Below, one piece after another: positions 35,160 through 45,501 of a stretch of 64,000 bases of DNA. Both the position numbers and the translations under genes were made by a program. The notes under the pieces are model-generated. The model did no database searches. It was not told the DNA's origin and was given only the letters and a program-made list of their open reading frames with translations. The DNA is from Capsulimonadaceae bacterium. Its GTDB lineage: Bacteria; Armatimonadota; Armatimonadia; Armatimonadales; Capsulimonadaceae. How positions within the stretch are numbered: the stretch's first letter is position 1; each line of letters starts with the position of its first letter. The DNA is taken from assembly GCA_965215505.1 (NCBI GenBank), contig OZ244065.1, forward strand, positions 224,001 through 288,000, in the 5' to 3' direction.

Positions 35160-38041
35160 AGACGACGCAATACCTCCTCTCCGTCCCGCCCGCGATGACG
35201 CGGGACCCCGCCCTCTGGGGACACCTGGGCACCTCGTGGTTTGTCGCCTCCGACCCGCCGGGCGTCTCCTTCGGGTCGGGCGGCGGCACGGCCCACCTGC
35301 TCGTCGAGGCGTGGAAGGCGACGAGCGAGGGCGAGTCATTTCCCGGCTGGCTGCGCGGCAGCCGCAAAATGATCATCCACGGCGGCGGCCAGTCCCGCCG
35401 CCTCCCCGCCTATGCCCCCGTCGGCAAGCCGTTCCTGCCCCTGCCCGTCATCCGGGGCGCGCTGGGGCAGCGGCTGGACCAGACCCTACTGGACATCCAG
35501 CGGCCCGTCTTTGACGGCGTACTCCGGGGCGCCCCCGACGCCTATGTCGCCGCCGTCGCCAGCGGCGACGTCCTGCTGCGCTTCACGCCGCCCGCCGCGC
35601 CCCTGCCCGTCGCGGACGTTCTGGCCCTGGGGATGCCGGCGACGCCCGAAACCGCCCAGGACTTCGGCGTCTTCTTTTTCCGGCGCGACGCGCCGGACGT
35701 GCTGGCCTTCTTCCTGCAAAAGCCGACGCCCGACCTGATCCGTAAGCTGGCCGAGGATCATCTCTTCCTGGTAGATACGGGCTTCTGGCTGTTCAGCGAG
35801 CGCGCTCTGTCGGTTTTGATGGGGCGGTGCGGCTGGGATGAAGCAACCCAGACTTTCTCCGGCGCGGGGGCGTCCGCCTACGACCTGTACGCCAGCTTCG
35901 GCCCCGCCATGGGTGCCGCCCCCGCCCAGCCCGACGTGGCCCTGGCCGGCCTGTCTGCCGTCGCCCTGCCGCTGGCGGAGTCCGAGTTCTACCACCTCGG
36001 CACCGGACGGCAGATGATCGAGTCCGTCTCGCGCCTGCAAAACCTGCGGGGCGAGCAGAGCGGGTGGGGCGGCCTGCGCCCGCACCCGGACCAGTTCGTC
36101 CTGAATTCCGTGTTCGACCCGCCCATCCGGCAGGCAGCGAACCACACGCTCTGGGTGGAGAACAGCGTCATCCCCGCCTCGTGGCAGCTCGCACGGGAAC
36201 ACGTCTTGACGGGCGTGCCGGACAATGACTGGTCGCTGACCCTGGAGCCGGGCGTCTGCCTGGACTTCGTTCCCGTCGGCGCAACTGACTACTGCGTCCG
36301 CGCGTATGGCCTGGATGACCCCTTTCGGGGGGCCGTCGGCTCGCCTGAAACGCTCTGGCTGGGCCAGCCCGCTCCCGCATGGGCCGGTCGGCGCGGCCTG
36401 TCCTGGGAAGAGGCCGGCATCCCGCCCGGCACCGACCTCTATGACGCCGCCTTGTTCCCTGTCCTTCCGCTTTCCGCCATCTCCGGCGGCTTCCTCCAAT
36501 GGCTGTTCGCCCAGGAGCCGGTTCAGAGCCGCGAACACGCCGTCTTGTGGCGGGGCGGCCCGCGCCTGTCCGCGCGGAACCTGAACGCACAGGCGAACAT
36601 CGGGCGGCTCGCCCGGCAGCGCGACGGGAACCTGCGCCGCGTCCTGCCGCTGATGCACGGCCGGCCCGGACGTAGCGCCTTTTTTGACCTGGATCTGGCC
36701 GCGACCGCCCGCCTGATGGCGCGCGCCGACATCAGCCTGCCGCCGGCCCCTGCCGGGGTCGCCTACACCCCGGCGAGCCGGATGCAGGATGCCATGCTGC
36801 GCGCCCAGCTCGCCCGCACGCGCGGCCTGCCCGAGGCGGCACGACACGAGGGCGAGGCCTTCGGCTGGCTGCGGCAGACCCTCCTCTCGGGCCAGTCGCT
36901 CGCCGTCCGGCCGGGGCGCGATGTCCTGGAAGACCAGATTCTCTGGGGCCGCAGCCCCCTGCGCTTCGACCTCGCCGGCGGATGGACCGACACCCCGCCG
37001 TACTGCATCCAGCACGGCGGCAAGGTCCTGAATCTGGCCGTCAACCTCAACGGTCAGCCGCCCGTGCAGGTCTTCGCCCGGCCCACCGACACGCCCCATC
37101 TGGTCCTGCGCTCCATTGACCTCGGCCTGGAACGCAAGATCGAGACTTACGAGGAGCTGGACACCTTTGACCGCCCGGACAGCGACTTCGCCCTCGCCAA
37201 AGCCGCGCTGGCCCTCGCCGGGTTCCTCCCGCGATTCCACGCCGATGGCGGCGGCCCCACACTGGCCGCGCAGCTCGCGGGGATGGGCGGCGGCATTGAG
37301 CTGTCCCTGCTTGCCGCCGCCCCCAAAGGGTCGGGCCTGGGGACGAGCAGCATGCTGGCGGCCACCCTGCTCGGGGTCCTGAGCGAGTTCTGCGGGCTGG
37401 GCTGGGACACGCAAGGCCTGGTGACGCGGACACTGCTCCTGGAACAACTGGTGACGACCGGCGGGGGCTGGCAGGACCAGGCGGGCGGCCTGTTCCCCGG
37501 CGTCAAGCTGATCCAGACGGCGCCCGGACCCGACCAGGCCGTCTCGGTGCGCTGGGCACCGGACCGCCTGTTCTCGGCGGGCGCGGCGGGCGGGCGGATG
37601 CTGCTGTACTATACGGGCATCACGCGGCTGGCGAAGGTGATCTTGCAGGACATCGTGCGCGGGATGTTCCTCGGCGACGGCCCCGTCATGGCCTGCCTCC
37701 GGGACATCGGGCAGAACGCCGAGGCGACCTATGAGGCGCTCCAGCGGGGCAGTTATGAAGCGGTCTGCGAGCGTGTCCGGATGAGCTGGGCGCTCAACCA
37801 GGCCCTGGATGCGGGCACGAACCCGCCTGAAGTGCAGGCGATCTTGGACGCCGTGGGGGACTGGCTGGCGGCCGCCAAGCTGACCGGGGCGGGGGGCGGC
37901 GGTTACCTGCTGATGCTGGCGAAAGACGAGGCAGCCGCCGGACTTATCCGCGCCCACCTGACCCGGCACCCGCCGAACCCGCGCGCCCGCTTCGTCCAGT
38001 TCGGCCTGTCCGAGACGGGCCTGCAAATCACCCGCAGTTGA
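35156..38041 (+). CDS. fkp: bifunctional L-fucokinase / fucose-1-phosphate guanylyltransferase
   Basis: GSGGGTAH; HGGGQSRRLPAYAP; DLAGGWTDTPP; PKGSGLGTSS; GGGWQDQ; KLTGAGGGG. Confidence 0.92.
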   Translation: MKTTQYLLSVPPAMTRDPALWGHLGTSWFVASDPPGVSFGSGGGTAHLLVEAWKATSEGESFPGWLRGSRKMIIHGGGQSRRLPAYAPVGKPFLPLPVIRGALGQRLDQTLLDIQRPVFDGVLRGAPDAYVAAVASGDVLLRFTPPAAPLPVADVLALGMPATPETAQDFGVFFFRRDAPDVLAFFLQKPTPDLIRKLAEDHLFLVDTGFWLFSERALSVLMGRCGWDEATQTFSGAGASAYDLYASFGPAMGAAPAQPDVALAGLSAVALPLAESEFYHLGTGRQMIESVSRLQNLRGEQSGWGGLRPHPDQFVLNSVFDPPIRQAANHTLWVENSVIPASWQLAREHVLTGVPDNDWSLTLEPGVCLDFVPVGATDYCVRAYGLDDPFRGAVGSPETLWLGQPAPAWAGRRGLSWEEAGIPPGTDLYDAALFPVLPLSAISGGFLQWLFAQEPVQSREHAVLWRGGPRLSARNLNAQANIGRLARQRDGNLRRVLPLMHGRPGRSAFFDLDLAATARLMARADISLPPAPAGVAYTPASRMQDAMLRAQLARTRGLPEAARHEGEAFGWLRQTLLSGQSLAVRPGRDVLEDQILWGRSPLRFDLAGGWTDTPPYCIQHGGKVLNLAVNLNGQPPVQVFARPTDTPHLVLRSIDLGLERKIETYEELDTFDRPDSDFALAKAALALAGFLPRFHADGGGPTLAAQLAGMGGGIELSLLAAAPKGSGLGTSSMLAATLLGVLSEFCGLGWDTQGLVTRTLLLEQLVTTGGGWQDQAGGLFPGVKLIQTAPGPDQAVSVRWAPDRLFSAGAAGGRMLLYYTGITRLAKVILQDIVRGMFLGDGPVMACLRDIGQNAEATYEALQRGSYEAVCERVRMSWALNQALDAGTNPPEVQAILDAVGDWLAAAKLTGAGGGGYLLMLAKDEAAAGLIRAHLTRHPPNPRARFVQFGLSETGLQITRS

Positions 38042-38066
38042 GGCCGCCGTTCCAGACCAGGGGCCT

Positions 38067-38801
38067 ATGATCTACGAATGCGAAACCTGTGAGACGGTAC
38101 TCGGCCCCGGCATGACCCTCTGCCCCCGCTGTGGGCGAGTCTTCGACGAGCCGGTCCCCGCAGACGCGCTGTGGGATGAGCCTGCCGCTGATGCCCCGCT
38201 GGGGCCTGCCGCTCCGCCTGCGGAGGCTGTGGGCCTGACTATCCTGGCGGAAGCCGCGCTGACGGAGCCGGAGTTGGTTGCGCCGCCGGAGCCGCCGAGA
38301 TCCGCGCCGCCGGTGTCGCCGGAAGTCATCGTCACCCCCAGACGAAAGACGCGCTCCCGCCGCTGGCCGCTGAGTGCCGTGTCCCTTGCTCTGCTGGGGC
38401 TGGGCTGGCTCGGCTACCGTCAGTGGGTATCGTCACCCGCCCCGGAACCGGCTCCCTACCATACCGTTCCCTTGCCGACCGATCTGGCGGCACACCCCCA
38501 ATATACGGCAAACATGAACGCCCTCGTGCAGAAACTCCGCGCTACGGGAGTGGGGGCGGAGTGGCCCGCCTTCGGCAGCGACGACACGCTCGTCATCACG
38601 CCCCAGGCGCGTGCCGCCGAGCCGCCGGTGGTCTGGGACGCGGACATGAGCCGACGACTGGCGCAGGGCGTCTACGGCGAGTTCGCCCAAACGCGCTTCG
38701 AGTCCGGCTTCCCCGACCGCGACACGACGGCCTGCTTCGTCGTCGTCACCGGCGCGCAGGGGCAGGTCGTGGCCGTGGATTTCATGGGGCGGTTGGAGTG
38801 A
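38067..38801 (+). CDS. zinc-ribbon membrane protein
   Basis: CETC..CPRC; Pro-rich linker; single TM. Confidence 0.7.
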   Translation: MIYECETCETVLGPGMTLCPRCGRVFDEPVPADALWDEPAADAPLGPAAPPAEAVGLTILAEAALTEPELVAPPEPPRSAPPVSPEVIVTPRRKTRSRRWPLSAVSLALLGLGWLGYRQWVSSPAPEPAPYHTVPLPTDLAAHPQYTANMNALVQKLRATGVGAEWPAFGSDDTLVITPQARAAEPPVVWDADMSRRLAQGVYGEFAQTRFESGFPDRDTTACFVVVTGAQGQVVAVDFMGRLE

Positions 38802-39912
38802 ACCCGCCCGCCGCCGACCGCTGGCAGGCGTCTACGAGACGCTGGGCGGCCAGCCCGTCTTCAAAGCTCGGGCCGCCCCCCTCGCCCCGCGCGACGCTGT
38901 CAATGAAGTCGTACAGGCAGTGGACGTGAAACTGCGGCCAGCCGATGGGGTTCTTGGTCGCGCCGAAGCTATACGGCTTGGGGTAGCGGGCCACGCACTC
39001 GATCTTCTGAAAGCCGCGCATACCGCCCAGGGGCGATTCCGGTGGCGTGTTGTCGTAGACCGACAGCCAGTTCGGTTCCATGAGGTTGAAGGTCAGCGCC
39101 CCCCGGCTGCCGTGGATCTCCAGGCGCAGGTCGTCCTGAGTGCCGGTCGCCAGACGGCTCGCCTCGACGACGCCCACCGCGCCCGAGACCATTCGCGCCT
39201 GCACGATGGCAATGTCGTCTACGTCTACGTTCCCCAGGCCGCCTGTCCTCGGGTCGGGTCGCATGGGCAGGCACGTCTCCAGCCGTGCCGACACGTCGGC
39301 GAATTCGCCCAAGAGGAACCGCACCAGGTCGAAGACGTGCGCGCCCAGGTCCATCACCGCCCCGCCGCCGCTGCGCGCCATTTGCAGCCGCCAGGTCAGA
39401 GGCCGGTTCGGGTCCACATAGCCCGCGTGCAGGTAGGCCGCCCGGAACTGGTAAACCGAGCCGAGAAAACCTTCATCAACCAGTTGTTTGGCGCGCATCA
39501 GGGCGGGCACGAACCGGTAGTTGAAGGTCATCCGATGGACCTTGACGGTCGTCCGGGCGAGTGCGGCCACTTCCTCCGCCTCGGCCACTGTCCGCGTCAA
39601 AGGCTTGTCGCAGTAGACGTGCTTGCCGGCCCTCAGCGCGTCCAGGAGCAAGGCGTGGTGGGCGTCGTTGGGCGTGCAGCAGTGGATGACCTGGATGTCG
39701 TCCCGCGCCAGCAAGTCCTGATAATCCCGCGTCGCGAACTCGAACCCGGCCTGCTCCTGCGCCTTCGCCCCGCTGGCCTCGGTCGCCGTGCAGACGCCGA
39801 CGAGCCGCGTTTTGGCGGGCAGCGGGTCGTAGAAGAGCGGCAGGGTCCGGTGCGCGTAGGCGTGGACCTTGCCGATGAAGCCGTAGCCGACGATACCGAT
39901 GCCAAGTTCCAT
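38782..39912 (-). CDS. Gfo/Idh/MocA oxidoreductase
   Basis: GYGFIG; CTPNDAH; YCDKPL; GGGAVMDLGAH. Confidence 0.92.
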   Translation of the reverse strand: MELGIGIVGYGFIGKVHAYAHRTLPLFYDPLPAKTRLVGVCTATEASGAKAQEQAGFEFATRDYQDLLARDDIQVIHCCTPNDAHHALLLDALRAGKHVYCDKPLTRTVAEAEEVAALARTTVKVHRMTFNYRFVPALMRAKQLVDEGFLGSVYQFRAAYLHAGYVDPNRPLTWRLQMARSGGGAVMDLGAHVFDLVRFLLGEFADVSARLETCLPMRPDPRTGGLGNVDVDDIAIVQARMVSGAVGVVEASRLATGTQDDLRLEIHGSRGALTFNLMEPNWLSVYDNTPPESPLGGMRGFQKIECVARYPKPYSFGATKNPIGWPQFHVHCLYDFIDSVARGEGGGPSFEDGLAAQRLVDACQRSAAGGFTPTAP

Positions 39913-39918
39913 AGCGAG

Positions 39919-40773
39919 TTATAGCCCCGCCTTCTGCCAGATGTCGTCCATCGCCGCGCCGACACTTTGCAGCCGCGCCTCGTCCGAGGGCAGGCCGCTC
40001 AGGTCAACGAACGGCTCCGGGACCACGGGGCCGTCGTAGCCGATGCCCTTTAAGGCTTGCAGGAAGCCCGCGATGTCTATAACGCCGGTCGCGCCGGGCA
40101 GGGCGCGGGTGTTGTCCCGCTGCTCGTCAACCGCGATGCCCGCCGGGGCGTCGTTGACGTGGACGTAGACCACCTGCGCGGGCGTCAGGGCCTCCAGGTC
40201 CTCCATCGTCCCGTGGGAGGTGTACCAGTGCCAGCAGTCCAGCAGCAGCCCGACGTTCGGCCCGATGTCCCGCCCCATCGCCAGCATGTCCGGCAGGGTG
40301 TGGACGAACGGGTACTTCTGCGAGTTCCACAGCGTCTTCGGGCCGATGAACTCCAGGCCGAGCGCCAGTCCGTGGTCGCCTAATATGTGCGCGATGGGCG
40401 TGAACCGCGCGACGTGGAACTGGTAGTTCTCCTCGAAAGCCCGCTCGTCCGAGCAGGGCATGATCCACGTCGAAACGCGCGTCCCGCCGATAGCCGCCGC
40501 CGCCTGGGCGAGCCGGGGCAGCTCGGCCAGCCCCTCACGCCACTTCTCCTCCGAGCCGCGCCATTCCACAGGCAGCCCGCAGCCGGCGGGCTTGATCCCC
40601 GCGTCCATGAAACGCGCCCGCGCGGCTTCCGCCCCATGGCTGTCAATGAGGCCGGCGACCTCCGACGGGCTGAACTCGACGCCGCCGAACCCGCCCGTCT
40701 TCGCGGCGGCCAGCGCTTCGTCGAGATTCCCCGTCCGCACGCCGATCGCGCCGGGGCTAAGTCCTTTGAACAT
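39919..40773 (-). CDS. sugar phosphate isomerase/epimerase (TIM barrel)
   Basis: LEFIGP; LLDCWHW; VHVND; AAGGAG SD before ATG 40773. Confidence 0.88.
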   Translation of the reverse strand: MFKGLSPGAIGVRTGNLDEALAAAKTGGFGGVEFSPSEVAGLIDSHGAEAARARFMDAGIKPAGCGLPVEWRGSEEKWREGLAELPRLAQAAAAIGGTRVSTWIMPCSDERAFEENYQFHVARFTPIAHILGDHGLALGLEFIGPKTLWNSQKYPFVHTLPDMLAMGRDIGPNVGLLLDCWHWYTSHGTMEDLEALTPAQVVYVHVNDAPAGIAVDEQRDNTRALPGATGVIDIAGFLQALKGIGYDGPVVPEPFVDLSGLPSDEARLQSVGAAMDDIWQKAGL

Positions 40774-40836
40774 GGTGTTCTCCTTTAGGCGTGTTGATAC
40801 GCCGTCGGGGTGGGGGATACCTGCATGAAATACAGG

Positions 40837-40942
40837 AGGGCGGAGGAATGAGGAGGGCGAACACATGGGTTCGCCCCTACGGGCGGGGCCGGAACGTGTA
40901 GGGGCGCACCTGCGTGTGCGCCCTCCTCATTCCCTCCGCCCT
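40837..40942. repeat. GTAG-type REP pair with extended inverted flanks
   Basis: Minus GTAGGGGCGAACCCATGTGTTCGCCCT (40880-40854); plus GTAGGGGCGCACCTGCGTGTGCGCCCT (40898-40924). Confidence 0.85.
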
Positions 40943-40979
40943 ATTCCTCTGTCCTATTCGTCCGCCCTGTCTCTCCGCC

Positions 40980-42851
40980 TCACGCCTCCCGTACCCACAC
41001 CAGCATCTCCCCCGCCCCCCGGTTGTCCCAGGCGAAGTAAGGAACCGCAGTCAAGGCTGCCGGTGATGCGACGGGCGGCTCCTGCCTGTAAAGTGTTGTC
41101 CCGAAGTCTTCCGCCGACACCCGCTCCGCCGACCCGCGCAGAACGGTGACGCCGCTCAGTAGTTCCGGCTCGAACGCCGCTTCCAGAGCGGCTTCATGCG
41201 GCAGGATGAGCGCGTTCAGGTCGCCGCCGTTGTCTACAGACTCCAGGCAGTAGAGGACCGGGCCGCGCTGCAAGGCGACACGCCCCCGGTCCTGACGCAC
41301 CTTGGGGCTGGCATAGACACGCTCGACCGGCATCGGCAATTCCAGCGTCACCGTGTCCCCGGCCTGCCACTCTCGTTCCAGCACGGCATAGCCCGCCTCG
41401 ACGGGAGGCGTGACGGACGCGCCGTTTAGCGACAGCCGCGGCGCGCGGCACCACTCGGGCAGGCGCAGCCGCAGGCGGAACTCGGCGGGCTGCTCGGGAG
41501 CGACCGTCAGCGTGACGGTGCCGTCCCACGGGTAGTCGGTCGCCTGCGAGAGCGTGACGGGCAAGCCCGCGATAGTCAAGTCGGCGTTGCCCTGCACATA
41601 CAGGTGGACGGCGATGTCTTCGTCACCCTGCGAATAGACGTATTGGCCCAGCGAGGCCAGCAGGCGGGCGAGGTTCGGCGGGCAGCAGGCGCACCCGAAC
41701 CAGTCCTGCCGGTGGTGTTTGCCGACGCTCGCCAGCGGGTTGTCGTAGAAGAACTTCGTGCCGTCCAGCGAGACGCCGCTGAGGACGCCGTTGTACAGGG
41801 CGCGCTCCAGTACGTCGGCATACTTGCGGTCGCAGTCCAAATGCAGCATTCGCGAAGCCCAGAAGACCAGCCCGATGGCCGCGCAGGTTTCAGCGTAGGC
41901 GGTTTCGTTAGGCAGATCGAAGTCGGCCCCGTAGCCCTCGTTGGAGGCGAACCCGCCGATGCCGCCCGTCACATACATCTGCGCCGAGGTCAGGTGCGCC
42001 CAGATGCGTTCGCAGGCCGCCTTCAGGGCAGCGTCCCCCGTCCGGCCTGCCAAGTCTGCCATCGCCGAGTACAGGTACATGCCCCGGACGGAATGGCCCG
42101 TGACCGCGCTCTGCTCGCGCACCGGGAGGTGGGACTGATTATACTCATACGATTTGGCCCAATAGTCTCCGGGGTCCTGACCGCGCCGCCGTGCCTCCTC
42201 GTCGAAGTAATGGGGTTGGCTCCCACGCTCGTCCACGAAGTAGCGGGCCAGTTCCAGGTACTTGTCGTCTCCCGTTGCCTCGGCCAGTTTGACCAGGGCC
42301 AACTCGATCTCCTCGTGCCCGCAGTAGCCGCGGCTCTGGCCCGGCTCCGGCCCGAAGACCGTGCCGATGTAGTCGGCGTAGCGGCGCATGACGTCCAGCA
42401 GGCTCGCCTTGCCGGTCGCCTCGAAGTGGGCGACGGCGGCCTCGATCAAATGCCCGGCGCAGTAAAGCTCGTGGTCGTCCCGCAGGTTTATCCAGCGCCG
42501 CTCGGGCGCGACCGTCGTGAAGTAGGTGTTCAAGTACCCGTCCGGCTGCTGCGCCCGCGCGAGCATCCCGATCACCTCATCCAGCAGGGCGTCCACGGCG
42601 GGGTCGGGGTGCGTCGCGAAGCTGTACGACGCCGCCTCCACCCACTTGGCGATGTCCGAGTCCCAAAAGATGTGCTGGTCGGGAACGGGGGCCAGCGTCA
42701 GCGCCTCGATGCGCCCCGTCGTCTTGCACTGGTCGTACTCGATGGGGATGGTGGCCTCCCGGTTGACGCGGATGCGCTCCTGCCAGAAGCGGTCTTCAAT
42801 GGTGACGGCTTTGAGCGGCGCGGGTTTAAAGCGTTGGGCGGGAACGGTCAT
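40980..42851 (-). CDS. GH127 beta-L-arabinofuranosidase-like protein
   Basis: FWDSDIAKWVEA; HELYCAGH; GHEEIELAL; YAETCA; CACCPPN. Confidence 0.93.
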   Translation of the reverse strand: MTVPAQRFKPAPLKAVTIEDRFWQERIRVNREATIPIEYDQCKTTGRIEALTLAPVPDQHIFWDSDIAKWVEAASYSFATHPDPAVDALLDEVIGMLARAQQPDGYLNTYFTTVAPERRWINLRDDHELYCAGHLIEAAVAHFEATGKASLLDVMRRYADYIGTVFGPEPGQSRGYCGHEEIELALVKLAEATGDDKYLELARYFVDERGSQPHYFDEEARRRGQDPGDYWAKSYEYNQSHLPVREQSAVTGHSVRGMYLYSAMADLAGRTGDAALKAACERIWAHLTSAQMYVTGGIGGFASNEGYGADFDLPNETAYAETCAAIGLVFWASRMLHLDCDRKYADVLERALYNGVLSGVSLDGTKFFYDNPLASVGKHHRQDWFGCACCPPNLARLLASLGQYVYSQGDEDIAVHLYVQGNADLTIAGLPVTLSQATDYPWDGTVTLTVAPEQPAEFRLRLRLPEWCRAPRLSLNGASVTPPVEAGYAVLEREWQAGDTVTLELPMPVERVYASPKVRQDRGRVALQRGPVLYCLESVDNGGDLNALILPHEAALEAAFEPELLSGVTVLRGSAERVSAEDFGTTLYRQEPPVASPAALTAVPYFAWDNRGAGEMLVWVREA

Positions 42852-43048
42852 GGAACGGACTCCTTCGTCGGCGGCCAAATAGGTTTCAGTGATGCGAGTA
42901 TGATAGCATAAAGTCTCAGCCCCGTAAAGGGCGGGGACTCACAAAGGTTTTCCGGCAGGCTTTCGGTGCGTCAACGTCGAACGTGTGTTTAGCTCGCCTG
43001 TTGAACGAAGAGCGAACCAGGGCGGTAGGCGACGAGGAGGCAGCAGTC

Positions 43049-43840
43049 ATGGTCATAAACGGGGTGGAGTTCCCTGCTGACCCCGAGCAGGGATGCTGGG
43101 TGAACTACAAAAATACGGCGGACGCGCCCACGGAGTTCGAGCATATCTTCTGCGGCCCGCAGGATATTCCAGGGGCGCAGTGCCCGTGCTGCCACAGACC
43201 CTTCGTGCGGTACCTGGCTCTGGACACGCGGGATGCCCGCCTCAACCTCCAGGACAGCCCCTTCGCGCAACTTCCGCTATTAGACTGCCCGCGCTGCATG
43301 GTAGAAGATGGCTCCCCCGCGCACCATTCCGAGGCATTCTTGTACCGCGCCCGCGCCGACGGCGGCATCGACATCGTCGAGTATGTCCTGGAGGGCCGAT
43401 TGGTCAAGGATGATTTCCCCTACGAGAACTACCCGCCATTCTTGCCTGGAGCAAAGGCCGTGCTTCAGGCTCTCACCCCCACGGAGCAGGCAGCGTTGCT
43501 GCGGATTAACCACCGTTGCGAGTACGAGAGTATACCACCCGAGGTCTGGGATGCCATGTCTGAGGCGGAGCAAGAAGAGTTGACGGATGAGGATTGGTGG
43601 TACGAAGAGCCTTACGAGAGCCTGTTTGAGATTCGCCATCAGGTCGGCGGGGAGCCGTACCATATTCAAGGTCTGGTCGTCTTGAACTGCCCCGACTGTG
43701 GTGTTCAGATGCCCTTCCTGGCGTGCATCGCTGATGATTGTCTTGATTCCAGAGGCATCGTCGGCTATGAAAGCAACGCGATAATCTTTCACTTTTGCCG
43801 CCGCTGCCACATTGTAGGCACCTATTCCCGTTGCGGCTGA
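43049..43840 (+). CDS. Cys-rich hypothetical protein, YwqG/DUF1963-like
   Basis: [36 protein letters not shown]; lower GC. Confidence 0.65.
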   Translation: MVINGVEFPADPEQGCWVNYKNTADAPTEFEHIFCGPQDIPGAQCPCCHRPFVRYLALDTRDARLNLQDSPFAQLPLLDCPRCMVEDGSPAHHSEAFLYRARADGGIDIVEYVLEGRLVKDDFPYENYPPFLPGAKAVLQALTPTEQAALLRINHRCEYESIPPEVWDAMSEAEQEELTDEDWWYEEPYESLFEIRHQVGGEPYHIQGLVVLNCPDCGVQMPFLACIADDCLDSRGIVGYESNAIIFHFCRRCHIVGTYSRCG

Positions 43841-43901
43841 AGGTAAACTAGTCCCCTCTCACGAACTTAACGGCACTCGTACTTTGCACAAAGAGGTAAA
43901 C

Positions 43902-44891
43902 ATGGAATATCGCAAGATGGGCCGCACCGGCCTGATGGTCTCGGAGATCTGTCTGGGGACGATGCAGTTCGGCTGGACCGCCGCCGAGGACGCCTCCCGG
44001 CAGGTGATGGACGCCTTCTGGGAGGCGGGCGGCAACTTCATTGACACGGCGGACATCTACACCACCTGGGCGGGCGACGCCTCCTACGGCGGCAAGACCG
44101 AGGAGATCATCGGGCGCTGGCTCAAAGACAAGAACGTCCGGCGCGACCTCGTCCTCGCCACCAAGGTGCGCGGAAGGATGTGGGAGGGGCCGAACGGCGA
44201 GGGCCTGTCCCGGCAGCACATTATCGCCGCCTGTGAGGACTCGCTGCGCCGGCTGAAGACCGACTACTTCGACCTGTACCAGTGCCACTGGGCCGACCTG
44301 AACACGCCCATCGAGGAAACGCTGTCCGCCCTGGACGACCTGGTCCGTGCGGGCAAGGTCCTCTACATCGGGGCCTCCAACTACCCCGCCTGGCGTCTGA
44401 TGGAGGCCCAGGCCGCGTCCGACAAGCACGGCCTGGCACGGTTCGACTGCTACCAGCCGCAGTACTCGCTGGTGGAGCGGCAGCTTTTCGAGTACGAGGC
44501 CATGCCCTTCTGCAAGCACCACGGCGTGGGAGTCATCCCCTACTCGCCGCTGGCCGGTGGCTTCCTGACCGGCAAGTACCGCCGGGACAGCGCGCGGCCC
44601 GAGAGCGTCCGCGCGGGCGGCAACCTGGAAAACTACGGCAATGAGAAAGGCTGGGCCGTTATTGACGCGCTGGATGAGATCGGGAAAGCGCACGGCAAGA
44701 CCGTCGCCCAGACCGCCCTGGCCTGGCAGCTCACCAACCCGGTCATCACCGCCCCGATCATCGGCGCGAACACGGCGGAGCAGATGACCGACCTTCTGGG
44801 AGCGGCGGGCTACCGGCTGTCTGCGGACGAGATGGCCCGGCTGAACGAGACGACAAAGTGGCCGCGCAACGGGCGACCGATCTGGGATTAG
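43902..44891 (+). CDS. aldo/keto reductase
   Basis: [35 protein letters not shown]. Confidence 0.95.
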   Translation: MEYRKMGRTGLMVSEICLGTMQFGWTAAEDASRQVMDAFWEAGGNFIDTADIYTTWAGDASYGGKTEEIIGRWLKDKNVRRDLVLATKVRGRMWEGPNGEGLSRQHIIAACEDSLRRLKTDYFDLYQCHWADLNTPIEETLSALDDLVRAGKVLYIGASNYPAWRLMEAQAASDKHGLARFDCYQPQYSLVERQLFEYEAMPFCKHHGVGVIPYSPLAGGFLTGKYRRDSARPESVRAGGNLENYGNEKGWAVIDALDEIGKAHGKTVAQTALAWQLTNPVITAPIIGANTAEQMTDLLGAAGYRLSADEMARLNETTKWPRNGRPIWD

Positions 44892-44913
44892 GCGGTAGCG
44901 CGGGGAGCGGGAC

Positions 44914-45471
44914 GTGTCTGAGTCGCGGATCATCTTCCTGAGCGGCACGTCCAGCGCGGGCAAGACCACGCTCGCGAAGGCGCTCCAGGGCGTACTCGAC
45001 CGGCCCTACTTCCACCTGGCCTCGGACCAGCTTGTCGAGGCCGGGGCCTTGCCCGGCCGCCGGGAGGAGGGGGGCCGGTTCGCCTGGGCGGAGGTCCGCC
45101 CGCGTTTCTTCGCCGGCTTCCACCGCAGCCTCGCGGCCTACGCGGCGGCCGGCAACTGCCTCGTCGTGGATCACGTCCTGGAACACGCCGTCTGGCTCCG
45201 GGAGTGCGCCGGGCTGCTCGTCCCGTTTGAGGTCTTCTTCGTCGGCGTCCACTGCCCGCTCAATGAACTGGAACGCCGGGAGCGGGCGCGCGGCGACCGG
45301 AGGATCGGCGAGGCCGCTGAACACCTCCAGGTGGTGCATGGGTTCAGCCCGTATGACTTCGAGGTGGACACGTCCACCCACAGCCCCCGCGAGAACGCCC
45401 TCCGCATCGTGACCGCCCGCCAAACGTCGCCCGGCCCCGTCGTGTTCCGCCGTCTGTCGCCGACTGGGTAG
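44914..45471 (+). CDS. chloramphenicol phosphotransferase-like P-loop kinase
   Basis: GTSSAGKTT; VGVHCPL.ELERRERARGDR..G; YDFEVDTS. Confidence 0.85.
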   Translation: MSESRIIFLSGTSSAGKTTLAKALQGVLDRPYFHLASDQLVEAGALPGRREEGGRFAWAEVRPRFFAGFHRSLAAYAAAGNCLVVDHVLEHAVWLRECAGLLVPFEVFFVGVHCPLNELERRERARGDRRIGEAAEHLQVVHGFSPYDFEVDTSTHSPRENALRIVTARQTSPGPVVFRRLSPTG

Positions 45472-45501
45472 GGCTTGAGGGCAGCAGCAAAGGAGACGAC
45501 C

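Noticed and set aside
44914-45471. Chloramphenicol resistance gene
   Set aside because: The CPT-like family is broad, and substrate cannot be inferred from these motifs.
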